IMG/VR virus record: IMGVR_UViG_3300050343_000212
Reading direction: 5' to 3' (one strand)
Length of the DNA: 64,000 nucleotides
Source of the DNA: a virus
In this document: positions 52,771 to 62,803 of the stretch, in pieces
How the letters are laid out: each line of letters begins with the position of its first letter
Numbering within the stretch: position 1 is the first letter of the stretch
Made by a program: the position numbers and the translations under genes
The notes under the pieces: generated by a model
What the model was told of the DNA's origin: nothing
Seen by the model: only the letters and a program-made list of their open reading frames with translations
The model's database searches: none

Positions 52771-53465
52771 AAAAATTGCCTTAGTTTGGTCAAAATAATC
52801 TTGTAGGCTTCTACTATATCACCTTCTCCATTCCTGAACAAGTCCTTATCAAACCTGTCCCTGGTAGACTTACACCACAACCTCATGTTGTCTGGTGACA
52901 ATTCATCAGCGACATATAAATCACCGTGAGCATCATAACCAAACTCCAACTTAAAATCTACAAGATCAATACCACACAACAAAAAAACTTGTTGTAGCAA
53001 TTGATTGATATCGTTAGTTTTTTCAATTAGTGGTTTAGTATCAATTCCCATCAACCTCACTCGATCTGGTGTAAGTAGTGGATCGTTTTTACTATCATCC
53101 TTAAGAAAAAACTCAATAATAGGAGGTTGAATGATAATCCCTTCTTTCAGACTTGTGGTTCTCACAATAGAACCAGCTGCAATATTCCTACAAATAACTT
53201 CTAGAGGAATAATATCAAGTTTTTTACACCTCATTGTGTTTAGTGAGGGACAATCGATATAGTGTGTTCTGATAGAATTACTCTCCAGAAACTCCATTAA
53301 CATTGCTGTCATAAGACAACAGATTGTACCTTTACCTTCGGGGAAATCAATCATATTGCCATTCCCGGCAGTAACACAATCTTCGTACTTAATCAGTATC
53401 TCTGAAGGATCATCACCTTCATATAAAGTTTTTACTTTCCCCTTTAAAATTTGATTCATACCCAT
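52767..53465 (-). CDS. purC: SAICAR synthetase
   Basis: GKVKTLY, PLEVICRNIAAGS, LVDFKLEFG, ADELSPDNMRLW, DKD. Confidence 0.95.
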   Translation of the reverse strand: MGMNQILKGKVKTLYEGDDPSEILIKYEDCVTAGNGNMIDFPEGKGTICCLMTAMLMEFLESNSIRTHYIDCPSLNTMRCKKLDIIPLEVICRNIAAGSIVRTTSLKEGIIIQPPIIEFFLKDDSKNDPLLTPDRVRLMGIDTKPLIEKTNDINQLLQQVFLLCGIDLVDFKLEFGYDAHGDLYVADELSPDNMRLWCKSTRDRFDKDLFRNGEGDIVEAYKIILTKLRQFL

Positions 53466-53983
53466 TCAGGTTTACGATTTGGAAGGCGAAGATAATTATC
53501 CTTCACCCATGGTTTAGAACCTATGTACATTTTATATGCATCAAAGGTTGATATATTAGTATCTAGTTTGAACTCATCAGGCATTGCCCTCACAAATGGC
53601 GTAGTCTCCTTGCCAGACCTTCCTGTAGGATCACCAGTAGGGAGAATTTCCTTTGCAACCAAGAGAGTATGGTAACAGGTATGAACCTTGCCATACCGGT
53701 TCTTATACTCCTCACAGAGAGCTAGTCCATGTTGTAAAAGCCACTGCCAATTCATCACAAACTCATTAGCCCAGATAGTACAGGGATGATTACGAAAGGC
53801 ACCTTTCTCAGTTGTGTAGGGTGCACCATTAGCTTTGGGAAGAGTACCAAACCCATGACCCCATTTATCAGAACATACAATGGCTAACATCTGACAGGTC
53901 TCAAGAGGCATCTTGACAATATGTTTGTCAGGAAGAACTTGAGCAGAATCCCATGGACTAGAGCTAGTAACGAAGATGTTCAT
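53456..53983 (-). CDS. pyrimidine-dimer DNA glycosylase / DenV-related protein
   Basis: MNIF, DKHIVKMPLETCQML, NHPCTIW. Confidence 0.75.
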   Translation of the reverse strand: MNIFVTSSSPWDSAQVLPDKHIVKMPLETCQMLAIVCSDKWGHGFGTLPKANGAPYTTEKGAFRNHPCTIWANEFVMNWQWLLQHGLALCEEYKNRYGKVHTCYHTLLVAKEILPTGDPTGRSGKETTPFVRAMPDEFKLDTNISTFDAYKMYIGSKPWVKDNYLRLPNRKPEWV

Positions 53984-54180
53984 AATAATTTTGATAATGA
54001 GATCATCAACAAGAATGATAACATAATTACTACATCCCAGGACTTTGTTCTCACAAAGTAGGGTACCGATATAAGGTCAGCAACAAAATGTGTTACTGCC
54101 CCCACCACCACATTTACATGAAGAACAATAAAATAGGCAATGATCACAAGACCACTACCAATGATCCTCATCTTAATATC
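53980..54180 (-). CDS. small membrane hypothetical protein
   Basis: Hydrophobic ORF MRIIGSGLVIIAYF. Confidence 0.55.
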   Translation of the reverse strand, partial: DIKMRIIGSGLVIIAYFIVLHVNVVVGAVTHFVADLISVPYFVRTKSWDVVIMLSFLLMISLSKLL

Positions 54181-54850
54181 AACCGAAGGTTGAGTCTGGT
54201 TCGAGTGCGATGTAGTATGTGACATCTTGATTTTGATTCACGAAACGGGACAAAAGTTTTTCAGATACAACCACATCATAGTTGCCTGGAATAATCTTCA
54301 AGTTCTCTTCCTTGAAGTTAAAGACAAACTCATTGTCTGTCTCACCAACAATAATCTCAAAATCGTTTGAGGTATCATTCTTCTTATCACGAGCTACCAG
54401 TTTGATGACACCAGCTTCACCAATGACAGAAATGTCAGGTACTTGGTAGACAGATGCTGCTTTCTTAAGTTGTTGAAGGTCTTCTGCCTTCATCACAAAA
54501 CACACATCTTCTGAAGGGAGAGTGATCTCTTTTTCTGGAGGTGCAACAATGACAGAGGGATCTGCGAAGAAGAACTTAGAACGTCGCTTACCTTCACGGA
54601 TAACAACATACTCATTGTTTTTGAAATCTAATTCAGGACTGTTATGGAGTGACAATCCATTGAGAAACTGGTTCAAATCATAGATACCAAAATCTTTAGG
54701 GAACTCCTCATTAATGTTTGCCTCAACCAGAATGTTCTTCATCACAGAAATTGAACGCAATCTAGTTCCTTGTTTGAAGAGAATTGATTGATTGATAGAA
54801 GAAAAGTTTTTCAGAAGGTTTACAGTGTTTTCACTGAGTTTCATAGTCAT
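54179..54850 (-). CDS. gp45: sliding clamp gp45
   Basis: LKNFSSINQSI, FGIYDL, YYIALE. Confidence 0.95.
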   Translation of the reverse strand: MTMKLSENTVNLLKNFSSINQSILFKQGTRLRSISVMKNILVEANINEEFPKDFGIYDLNQFLNGLSLHNSPELDFKNNEYVVIREGKRRSKFFFADPSVIVAPPEKEITLPSEDVCFVMKAEDLQQLKKAASVYQVPDISVIGEAGVIKLVARDKKNDTSNDFEIIVGETDNEFVFNFKEENLKIIPGNYDVVVSEKLLSRFVNQNQDVTYYIALEPDSTFG

Positions 54851-55254
54851 TGGTTGTAAGTTTCAGTCTTGTTGTTCTTGTCATTGAAATACATTAGAAG
54901 AACAGCATAATGCAGGATCTTCATAATGTCACGTCTTGATGTTCCTTTCTTGTCATATCGTGATGCGTACTTAAGAATGTTACTACGACAGAACGCCTCA
55001 CCATCACCACAGGCTTCAATCAGATCGAGTGTCTGGATTTTATCATTACCAGACGAATAATGTTGATTGTAAGTTGAAGTGATGTATTCAGAGAGTTCCT
55101 TAATAATTTCATCCTCATTGTACTTTCTCATACCCTTAGTTTTTGGGGTACTGAAATCACCGAGATTCTCAATATAGTTTCCCATATAGAGATTCTCGTC
55201 AGATAGGGTAATTCTATCAGTACCCTCTCCTCCAACGAAAGTATTTTCAGTCAT
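54847..55254 (-). CDS. hypothetical protein (DUF3310-like)
   Basis: HY, FCRSNILKYASRY.KK, DIMKILHY. Confidence 0.7.
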   Translation of the reverse strand: MTENTFVGGEGTDRITLSDENLYMGNYIENLGDFSTPKTKGMRKYNEDEIIKELSEYITSTYNQHYSSGNDKIQTLDLIEACGDGEAFCRSNILKYASRYDKKGTSRRDIMKILHYAVLLMYFNDKNNKTETYNQ

Positions 55255-55283
55255 ACTATTTTAGTTAGATACACTATACTCTA

Positions 55284-56378
55284 TCAGCATACTTGGACTA
55301 AGTCAACATTTTCACTTTCATTTTCGATAGAGAAGTCCACATCGACTTTGTCGTAGAGTTCCATGAAGGATGTTTTAGTCTCTTCATCGAAACGGTTAAT
55401 ACAAACTTGGAGTGCTTTATTCTTATCATTAAAGATAGAGTAAGCATGAATGATATGAACCAGACGACGAGTGGAGATAACCTCCTCAATACCACCGTCA
55501 TAGAATGTCTTACGGATGATATCAGCCCAGTCACACAGGTACCTACAGAACGAACGATCATCGATACCCAGATCCAGTGCGACACCCTCAAGAATCTTCT
55601 GTTCGATAGCAACTGTAGGATAGGTCTGCTCAAACGTTACGGGGAATCTTTCAAGGAAAGCTTCATTGAGAACATTAGTTCCAATAAAGCGACCGTCATC
55701 GCTCCCTTTACCTTTAGTATTTGCAGTTGCAATAACATTAAATCCTTTTTTGGGTTGGACAAACTTACCAATTTTCTTAAGAAAAACACCTTTACCCTCA
55801 AGGATTGACTGAAGACATAGAATCTTGTTAGATGCTAGGTCAACCTCATCTAGAAGAAGTATAGCTCCCCGTTCCAAAGCTTCGATGACTGGACCATTAT
55901 GCCAAACAGTTTCGCCATTAATAAGACGGAAACCACCAATAAGATCATCCTCGTCGGTTTCAATGGTGATGTTGACACGGATCAATTCTCTCTTGAGTTG
56001 TGCACAAGCTTGCTCAACACTAACCGTCTTACCATTACCAGAGAGTCCCGTAATGAAAGTAGGATAGAATAGATAAGAAGAAATAATTTTCTTAACGTCT
56101 TTAAAATTACCAAACTGAACAAAAGTATTATCTTTCTGTGGTATCAAGTCCTGAACAACGGATGGTTCAGCTGATGGAGAATCATATGTCTCTTCCAGTT
56201 GTTCCTGAACAGTCAGATTCCACTTACCACGACCTGTTTTATAGTCTGTGAGTCGTTTAGAAACAGTCACATAGTTGTGATCGTTCATAGCACACCAGGC
56301 ACGAACTTCAGGTGTAGTAATAGTTTCACCATAAAGAGCTTTAAGTGAGGTAATGACGTATTCGACGGAGAGTGACAT
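55284..56378 (-). CDS. cobS: CobS-like MoxR AAA+ ATPase
   Basis: GLSGNGKT, LIGG, LLDEVD, ATANTKG, AFLERF. Confidence 0.9.
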   Translation of the reverse strand: MSLSVEYVITSLKALYGETITTPEVRAWCAMNDHNYVTVSKRLTDYKTGRGKWNLTVQEQLEETYDSPSAEPSVVQDLIPQKDNTFVQFGNFKDVKKIISSYLFYPTFITGLSGNGKTVSVEQACAQLKRELIRVNITIETDEDDLIGGFRLINGETVWHNGPVIEALERGAILLLDEVDLASNKILCLQSILEGKGVFLKKIGKFVQPKKGFNVIATANTKGKGSDDGRFIGTNVLNEAFLERFPVTFEQTYPTVAIEQKILEGVALDLGIDDRSFCRYLCDWADIIRKTFYDGGIEEVISTRRLVHIIHAYSIFNDKNKALQVCINRFDEETKTSFMELYDKVDVDFSIENESENVDLVQVC

Positions 56379-56400
56379 GGTGGTTCGTTTCAACAAAGTT

Positions 56401-56457
56401 ATTATAAAGGATGGAAAGGGATCAGGAAGACCCTTTAGGACAGTTCCTCAAGTGGAT
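56401..56457 (-). promoter_or_regulatory. cobS promoter: -10 plus palindromic box, no -35
   Basis: TATAAT at 56401-06; 31 nt; GGACAGTT-CCTC-AAGTGGAT at 56438-57. Confidence 0.7.
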
Positions 56458-58592
56458 CAACAAACTAGATCCATAAACTGACTCAGAACTTTCTTATTTA
56501 GAGACTTAGCCTTCAAATTCTTAACGAAGGCTGTTCTGATTTTAGCTTTAGATGCACCTTCCTCAACTTGAAAATCTACATCATTGTTGAGTGCCTGATC
56601 AACCATAATAAAGTAGGAAGAATACCCAGAGTTGTTAATAGAGAAGAACTTGTCCTTCTTAACCTGTTTGACTTTCTTATCGATATCGTACTCTTCATAT
56701 CGTTTAATCATACTATTTACGTCGCGAGTTGCAGCAATCCTGATTCCGATAAAGTTAGTTCCAGGGAAAGTTTCTTTCATATCAGCCAATAAAGTCTCAG
56801 TAAACTGATAATAATAATCACCAATCTTATAAGTATGGCCAGTACTACGGTTACGGAGATAAGAGTGACCACGACTAAGATTGGAATGACCTTCTCTTAT
56901 ACCATACTTTTCAGAATCCCAATAGTTACAATAAGGAAGATAGTTTGCTTCACCATCAGTCAGTATCACACACTGAACTTTTTGAAGGTCATTGTTTTTC
57001 TTAAACTGAGGAATGATCTTATAGAGAGACACCAAAGATTCGTTCAATGGAGTACCAGAAAGACCAAATCCTTGAGGGATTTCATACTTACCCCAGGTTT
57101 TAAAGTAGTATGCGATTCTCCATAGGTTGAGAATCTGTTTCTCCATGTTATTGCGTTTGGTTCTACTAGACAGGAAGTTGATAAGATTGAAGTCCTTATG
57201 AACAAACAACTTACCATTTTCCCATTCCATTGAATCCATTTCTACATCATCACTTCTCCAATAAAAAGAGTTAGTAAATGCGTAAACCTCAAAGGGAATA
57301 TTACACTTGTTACAGAACCAGACTAGATTGATTAACTGTTTAACAGTATCTAGAATGTAATCACCCATAGAACCTGACCAATCCAGGATAAAGATCAGAC
57401 CATGATTCTGACCATCAGGAAGGACATTGATCTTACGGAATAAGTTTTCATTATACTTATAAGTATGGAGTTTAGTACAATCAAGAACACCAGTCTTAGA
57501 TACAAATGAACGAGAATATGCGTCTGCAGATTTCTTGCACTCAAACTCTTTTACCAGATAATTCACCTCACGTTGTGATTCCCTCTTGAACTTCTGATAT
57601 TCTTCATCAGGTCGAGTAAAATCAGAAACTTGATATTTTACCTCACCAGTGAATTCACACTTATGTTCCATAGGAACCAACTGTCGTGCAAAATCTTCAT
57701 CAATAAGACGTTGAACTTCAACGTGATCGATGATAATGTTATCTAGATTTACATCAGGAACTTCTACATAGATGTTCTGGATACCACGATCCATACCATT
57801 TAGTTCAGAGATACCATCCTCAAATGCTCGATCAGTGGTAGCTTCAGGTTCTCCACTTTCCTGCTTTACTTCATTCTCAGTGTCTAATTTCTGATTCTCA
57901 GACTCACGTTTAGCTGCTTCTTCAATCATCTCTTCATGAGTCATATCATCACTAGAAGATTCAGGAGTTTCAGAGTTTTCTACATTGCCTCCCTGTTGAT
58001 CGTTAGTTCCTTTAGGTTCAGGATTGTGAGTATCAGTTTTAGTTTGAGATTGTTGATCCTTACAGTAGGAATAAATCTCTCTTGCTAGATTACATACTTC
58101 CCCAAAAGTTTCGGTCAGACCAACACGGTCGCGGAAAACAATCTCAGTTGCCTGAAAAGGAATATCAATAAAGTTACCAATCTTCCAGTACAGATTGATA
58201 CGATCAGCCAGGTTCATTCTTTCAATATCCTGATCCTCAATGCAGAAAAAGTCTTGATCAGAAAGTTCATTATACCCCTTGAAGAAACTCTTAGCGAGTC
58301 CGGGATAACGACGTTTCATCAACTTCTCAATACGAGCATCTTCTATAATATTAACAAATGAGTGAGGAATATCTCCTGGGGGATCTACATTTGGAGTATA
58401 AAGTGCATGTCCTACCTCATGTCCTACCAACATATCATAGACAGCATTGGATGCACGTTTCCACATAGGAAGTGTTAGAACACGATTCTCCACATCAAAC
58501 TGAGCTGTCATCACCTCACGGTTCTCAACCACAATGTCCTCAGTGGCTAGAAGTTTGGCTAGTTGTGACTTGACTTCGTAGTTGACTGCCAT
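56457..58592 (-). CDS. CobT-like protein: HExxH metallopeptidase-like domain plus vWA domain
   Basis: HEVGH, NIIEDARIE, LDWSGSM (MIDAS), GTPL, LTDGE. Confidence 0.82.
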   Translation of the reverse strand: MAVNYEVKSQLAKLLATEDIVVENREVMTAQFDVENRVLTLPMWKRASNAVYDMLVGHEVGHALYTPNVDPPGDIPHSFVNIIEDARIEKLMKRRYPGLAKSFFKGYNELSDQDFFCIEDQDIERMNLADRINLYWKIGNFIDIPFQATEIVFRDRVGLTETFGEVCNLAREIYSYCKDQQSQTKTDTHNPEPKGTNDQQGGNVENSETPESSSDDMTHEEMIEEAAKRESENQKLDTENEVKQESGEPEATTDRAFEDGISELNGMDRGIQNIYVEVPDVNLDNIIIDHVEVQRLIDEDFARQLVPMEHKCEFTGEVKYQVSDFTRPDEEYQKFKRESQREVNYLVKEFECKKSADAYSRSFVSKTGVLDCTKLHTYKYNENLFRKINVLPDGQNHGLIFILDWSGSMGDYILDTVKQLINLVWFCNKCNIPFEVYAFTNSFYWRSDDVEMDSMEWENGKLFVHKDFNLINFLSSRTKRNNMEKQILNLWRIAYYFKTWGKYEIPQGFGLSGTPLNESLVSLYKIIPQFKKNNDLQKVQCVILTDGEANYLPYCNYWDSEKYGIREGHSNLSRGHSYLRNRSTGHTYKIGDYYYQFTETLLADMKETFPGTNFIGIRIAATRDVNSMIKRYEEYDIDKKVKQVKKDKFFSINNSGYSSYFIMVDQALNNDVDFQVEEGASKAKIRTAFVKNLKAKSLNKKVLSQFMDLVC

Positions 58593-58614
58593 ATGGTGTT
58601 TTATCGATATAACT

Positions 58615-58670
58615 ATGATACACGAAAACTGAGTCCTGAGGAAGGAACCAGGACACTTTAACAACTGTCT
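58615..58670 (-). promoter_or_regulatory. promoter of CobT-like gene: -10 plus palindromic box, no -35
   Basis: TATCAT at 58615-20; 30 nt; GGACACTT-TAAC-AACTGTCT at 58651-70. Confidence 0.7.
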
Positions 58671-58740
58671 GCAGACCAATCCCGGCCTCTAAGGACCGGG
58701 ACTTTAGTTTAAACTCCTATAGGTGGTTTAATTAAATTTA

Positions 58741-58908
58741 CTATTCTGTAAGAATGTGCCTACAAAACCTCCTTGCTGTTTGATCTATGATGCCACACTC
58801 TGAAATACATTGGAAATAATCTGACACTTGATCATACTTTTCTTCTGATGAGTGTTTTTCGTCCCACCTCCAAGATGATAATTCGTTTCTTGATATCAAG
58901 TTGTGCAT
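58741..58908 (-). CDS. small hypothetical protein with CxxxC..C pattern (55 aa)
   Basis: MHNLISRNELSSW..DYFQCISECGIIDQTARRFCRHILTE, read by hand. Confidence 0.6.
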   Translation of the reverse strand: MHNLISRNELSSWRWDEKHSSEEKYDQVSDYFQCISECGIIDQTARRFCRHILTE

Positions 58909-58953
58909 AATACCCTCTATCTCACTTCATTATCTAGGCAACTTATGTTTAAT

Positions 58954-59230
58954 TCATGACATTTGGTTAATAATTAACATTTTAGTATTATTTCTTTTTA
59001 TTTCTTTACATAATGAGACTCTCTTGAATTTCTTCTTAAGAGCCTGTAGTTTGTACTTAGATTGTCTAAGTGCATGAGGTTTAAGTGACCTTTTCTGTTC
59101 CTTTTTGCTGTGATGTTGCCAATTTGGAGTATTCATTGAGATACCTATCAGATGCAGGGTCGGTGATTAACGTCATACCATTTTTTTTGAATTCTTTGGA
59201 GATGTCAACTGGACGGCGGATTTGTTCTCT
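58954..59230 (-). CDS. two small hypothetical proteins
   Basis: MNTPNWQHHSKK and MRTNK..DISKEFKKNGMTLITD. Confidence 0.55.
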
Positions 59231-60963
59231 CATGGTGTTTCCACTGAAGTACCTTGTATCATACGGCTAAAACCTTTATCTTTAGAGAAGGATATGACAC
59301 TTTCAAATTTGTCCTCAAGACCCCCCTTGTGAGATATGACAAAGATGTTAGCATCCTTGATTACGAACCTGATGATCTTTAGAAATTCGTCTGTACCAAA
59401 TCCATCTAGTGAACTGTCGAAGACCTCATCCATGATGAGGAGATTTGTGTTTACTGAATTCTTAAACCTAGCGACTTCCCTCCAAGTAAACAAGAGGGCT
59501 AGGTCTATCCTCATTTTTTCTCCTTCAGAAAAAGAAGAGTAGGTAAAGTCTTCATGAATAGGCGTCTCGATAGTTTCTGAAAACTCCTCATTCAACTTAA
59601 AGTTGATGTAGAAATCCATCATCTGCAGATACTTATTGACCTGTTGATTTATCAGAGGGAGATACTTCTTGATGATTTGAGATTTTACCCCACCGTCTTT
59701 AAGAAGACTATAAGTGAAGTCGTGGTAAGAAATACTCTCCTTTACCTCAACAAGTTTTTCGTATGTTGCCTGAAGACTGTCTCTAAACTCTTCTAGTTTC
59801 TCATGTTCAGAATTTCTGTTTGAAATTTGATTGGTAAGTGTTTGAATTTCCGATTCCAGTTGTCTGATTTGTTTTTGACAACTAGTGATTTGAGTGTTAT
59901 TAGAAGTGACGCCATTAATTAGTTTAGAGATTTCTCCGCTGATATTTGTGAAATTGGACTCCCTCAACTCTTCGTCTTTAATTGCCCCCAGGAGTTGTTC
60001 ATACCCCTTTTGCAATTCTTTGGCTTTATCTTGAGAAGTCCTAATCTTATTTATTCTGAACCCCTCTTCGATTGTTTGTTCACATGTAGGGCATACCGAA
60101 TTGTCGTTAAAAAACTTATGATCCTTAACCAATGTTGAAATCTTTTGGGACAACTTACCTTTAATGTTTCCATATTCCTTAAGTTTTTCTTTATGATCAC
60201 CAAAGTTTTGGAGTTCACTCTGAAGTTTTTGGACACTAAAGGTCAAATCAATATTTCTATTTGTGTAGTTATTCTCTTCTACAAGAAGAGAACTAATCTT
60301 ATGTCCCTTGTGTCTAATATCTTCCTGACTCTTTTCTTCAATTTGTCTAATAAAGTCCTTTTGCATATCAACTTTATCTTTAAGAGATTGTCTCTTTAAT
60401 TCAAATGTTCTAGCTTGTTCTTTCAGACCACGAATCTTCTCCTTTATAATCATATTCATGGAGGAGAAGATCTTGATGTCTAAGAGTTCCTCTACGACCT
60501 CTCTGCGACTTGTGGAAGGGAGTTGCATGAAAGGAACGAAGGAACTACTACCCAAGATAACAATTTGAGTAAATGACTTGTAATTCATCTTCAGAACATT
60601 CTGTTCCAACCACTTCTGTTGATCATTAGCAGAGTGATCTTGATCTAAAGTTTCACCATCTTTATAGATCTTAAAGATATTTGGTTTAATACCTCTTACA
60701 ACTTTCCACTGTGTAGAATTGACATCAAACTCAATCTCAACCAATGTACCTTTTTCATTGGTGGTATTGATAAGTTGTGCCTTATTGATTTTACGAAATG
60801 CCTTACCATATAAGACAAAGGTTAGAGCATCCAGAACAGTAGACTTACCAGCTCCATTAGAACCAATGACCAAAGTGGTATTGTGAGTATTCAGATTTAA
60901 TGTTGTGGGTTGATTTCCTGTACTCAGAAAATTCTTCCAGGAGATAGTTTTAAAGGTAATCAC
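59230..60963 (-). CDS. gp46: recombination endonuclease subunit gp46 (SbcC/Rad50-like)
   Basis: GSNGAGKST, CPTC zinc hook, FSEGEK, LIMDEVFD. Confidence 0.96.
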   Translation of the reverse strand: MITFKTISWKNFLSTGNQPTTLNLNTHNTTLVIGSNGAGKSTVLDALTFVLYGKAFRKINKAQLINTTNEKGTLVEIEFDVNSTQWKVVRGIKPNIFKIYKDGETLDQDHSANDQQKWLEQNVLKMNYKSFTQIVILGSSSFVPFMQLPSTSRREVVEELLDIKIFSSMNMIIKEKIRGLKEQARTFELKRQSLKDKVDMQKDFIRQIEEKSQEDIRHKGHKISSLLVEENNYTNRNIDLTFSVQKLQSELQNFGDHKEKLKEYGNIKGKLSQKISTLVKDHKFFNDNSVCPTCEQTIEEGFRINKIRTSQDKAKELQKGYEQLLGAIKDEELRESNFTNISGEISKLINGVTSNNTQITSCQKQIRQLESEIQTLTNQISNRNSEHEKLEEFRDSLQATYEKLVEVKESISYHDFTYSLLKDGGVKSQIIKKYLPLINQQVNKYLQMMDFYINFKLNEEFSETIETPIHEDFTYSSFSEGEKMRIDLALLFTWREVARFKNSVNTNLLIMDEVFDSSLDGFGTDEFLKIIRFVIKDANIFVISHKGGLEDKFESVISFSKDKGFSRMIQGTSVETP

Positions 60964-61225
60964 GCGCGTTGTCAGGAGGAATTACAATGTCATTGGGTGT
61001 TATAATCGTATATCTGTGATCATGCAGTTCACAGGTTTTAACCATTATCTCGTCTTCTATTTCTAACACATGCATCTTAGGATAGTCAAGCTCTTTTAGT
61101 TGCAGGGAATATCTGGTAGCATCATCTTCTTCTTGAAAGATGTAGAGTACTTGTTCTCCATCATCATCAACTACAGAATATGCTCCATCTTTTTCATGAC
61201 CTGCTACCGTAAGAATAAACATCAC
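60950..61225 (-). CDS. hypothetical protein between gp47 and gp46
   Basis: 91-aa ORF. Confidence 0.7.
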   Translation of the reverse strand: MMFILTVAGHEKDGAYSVVDDDGEQVLYIFQEEDDATRYSLQLKELDYPKMHVLEIEDEIMVKTCELHDHRYTIITPNDIVIPPDNARDYL

Positions 61226-62277
61226 ACCAGTTCACATGCTTCCTGATACACGTCCCTAATTACTTTTTGAATTTTAGATTTATCGAGACTTGACTCAGAC
61301 TCCTCAATATATCTATTAAGAATAGAGAGAGTATCTTCTGTATCAATTCCTTCAACATTATCTTTATCATTATACCACCCACCAAACTCAAAGTTCTCAA
61401 CGATCTTTAGGTCTGCTACACCAGAGGTATACAGTTTATCAATAAATTTTTCAAACTGTTTAACATCAGTCTTCTGTTTGACAATCACCTTTACAATCTT
61501 ATTTGTATATGGAGTTGTATCAAACATCTGATAGTTGGTATCATCATAATAAATGTTATGAAATAACTGATATGGATTATTTACATACGTGTGTTCAAGA
61601 GTTTCCACATCCAGTATCGTAAATCCACGATCATCTCCGACATCCGTCCAGAACATCTCGTAAGGATTCCCAACGTAGTAGACTGTTCCGTCATCTGATC
61701 GAGTATGGTAGTGCCCCGTGAAGACCTTGGAGAACTTTGAATATAACTCGCTCTCATTACCATGGTCCATGACGATCTGTCGATTAACTCTAAATCCGTT
61801 GAGCTCAAGGTGCCCCATCGCGAACGAGCAATTTGTCTTTTTAATAAGGTTATAAGTTTCTTTTTCATTTTCCTCACAAATCCAGGGTATGAACAGAACA
61901 TCTAATCCATCAATATTGACTTCAGTAGCTTTAGAGTATTTTATTATATTGTCATACTCAGTGAGAAGAAGTTCAATAGAATTGATTTTATTACTATTCT
62001 TGTAGTAAGCATCATGATTTCCCACAATCAGGTGCATCTTTGCTCCCATATCTTTGAGAGGGTCAAATACTACCCTTTTTGCCCACTGGAGGGTTTGAAA
62101 CTCGATTCCCCTACGACTATCAAAAGCATCCCCAAGGTGGAGAACGGTGTCAATACCCTCTTTCTTTAGGGTAGGGAAGAATACATCACGATAGAATTTT
62201 TCAAAGTAATCATGAAAGAGTTTAGAACCCTTTCTTGCACCGTAATGGGTATCAGTGATTACTGCTACTTTTGTCAT
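61222..62277 (-). CDS. gp47: recombination endonuclease subunit gp47 (SbcD/Mre11-like)
   Basis: DTHYG, LGD, VGNHD, GH, GHYH. Confidence 0.96.
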   Translation of the reverse strand: MTKVAVITDTHYGARKGSKLFHDYFEKFYRDVFFPTLKKEGIDTVLHLGDAFDSRRGIEFQTLQWAKRVVFDPLKDMGAKMHLIVGNHDAYYKNSNKINSIELLLTEYDNIIKYSKATEVNIDGLDVLFIPWICEENEKETYNLIKKTNCSFAMGHLELNGFRVNRQIVMDHGNESELYSKFSKVFTGHYHTRSDDGTVYYVGNPYEMFWTDVGDDRGFTILDVETLEHTYVNNPYQLFHNIYYDDTNYQMFDTTPYTNKIVKVIVKQKTDVKQFEKFIDKLYTSGVADLKIVENFEFGGWYNDKDNVEGIDTEDTLSILNRYIEESESSLDKSKIQKVIRDVYQEACELV

Positions 62278-62780
62278 TGATTACGAAGTTTAATGTGGAC
62301 TGCGTCCTTGATGGAATTGTAGTCGGAATAGTTGCCGCTGTCAAGCTCGTTGGCATCAAAGACCTCATCGAAGTTAGTCTTCTCTAAAATCTTGTTCTTA
62401 ATCTCCAGTTGTTTCTTCTCTTGTTGAATCCTTCTCAGAAATGCATAATAGATGATTTGAGTAAAATAAGCAAATGGGTTCTTGGATTTCTCAGGATTAA
62501 AGTTATGAACGTATCTTACACAGTTTTCGATACCATCACAAATCATATCATCCTTGAACATATAGTTCACGAAGTTTGGTTTATATGATAGATGATTAGC
62601 AATTTTCAAGAAACACTCACCAATATACCTAGGAATCCTAGGTTTGGGTTTGTCATTGAGTTTAGCTCGTTCAACCTCTGCAAAGTAGTTCTCCAGTGCA
62701 TTGAGAAACTCTTTGTTATTTACATAGTGTTCAGATTTCTTAGGTCTTGCCATAGTTCCATAATTGTGATTGACAGCCAT
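62274..62780 (-). CDS. gp55: late-transcription sigma factor gp55
   Basis: HYVNNKEF, NPFAYFTQIIYYAFLRRI. Confidence 0.96.
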   Translation of the reverse strand: MAVNHNYGTMARPKKSEHYVNNKEFLNALENYFAEVERAKLNDKPKPRIPRYIGECFLKIANHLSYKPNFVNYMFKDDMICDGIENCVRYVHNFNPEKSKNPFAYFTQIIYYAFLRRIQQEKKQLEIKNKILEKTNFDEVFDANELDSGNYSDYNSIKDAVHIKLRNQ

Positions 62781-62803
62781 AAACTATAATTATTACTCAT
62801 ATT

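Noticed and set aside
58741-58908. CP12 assignment for the small Cys-containing ORF
   Set aside because: Lacks the C-terminal CP12 pattern (YC..NP...EC..YD/E)
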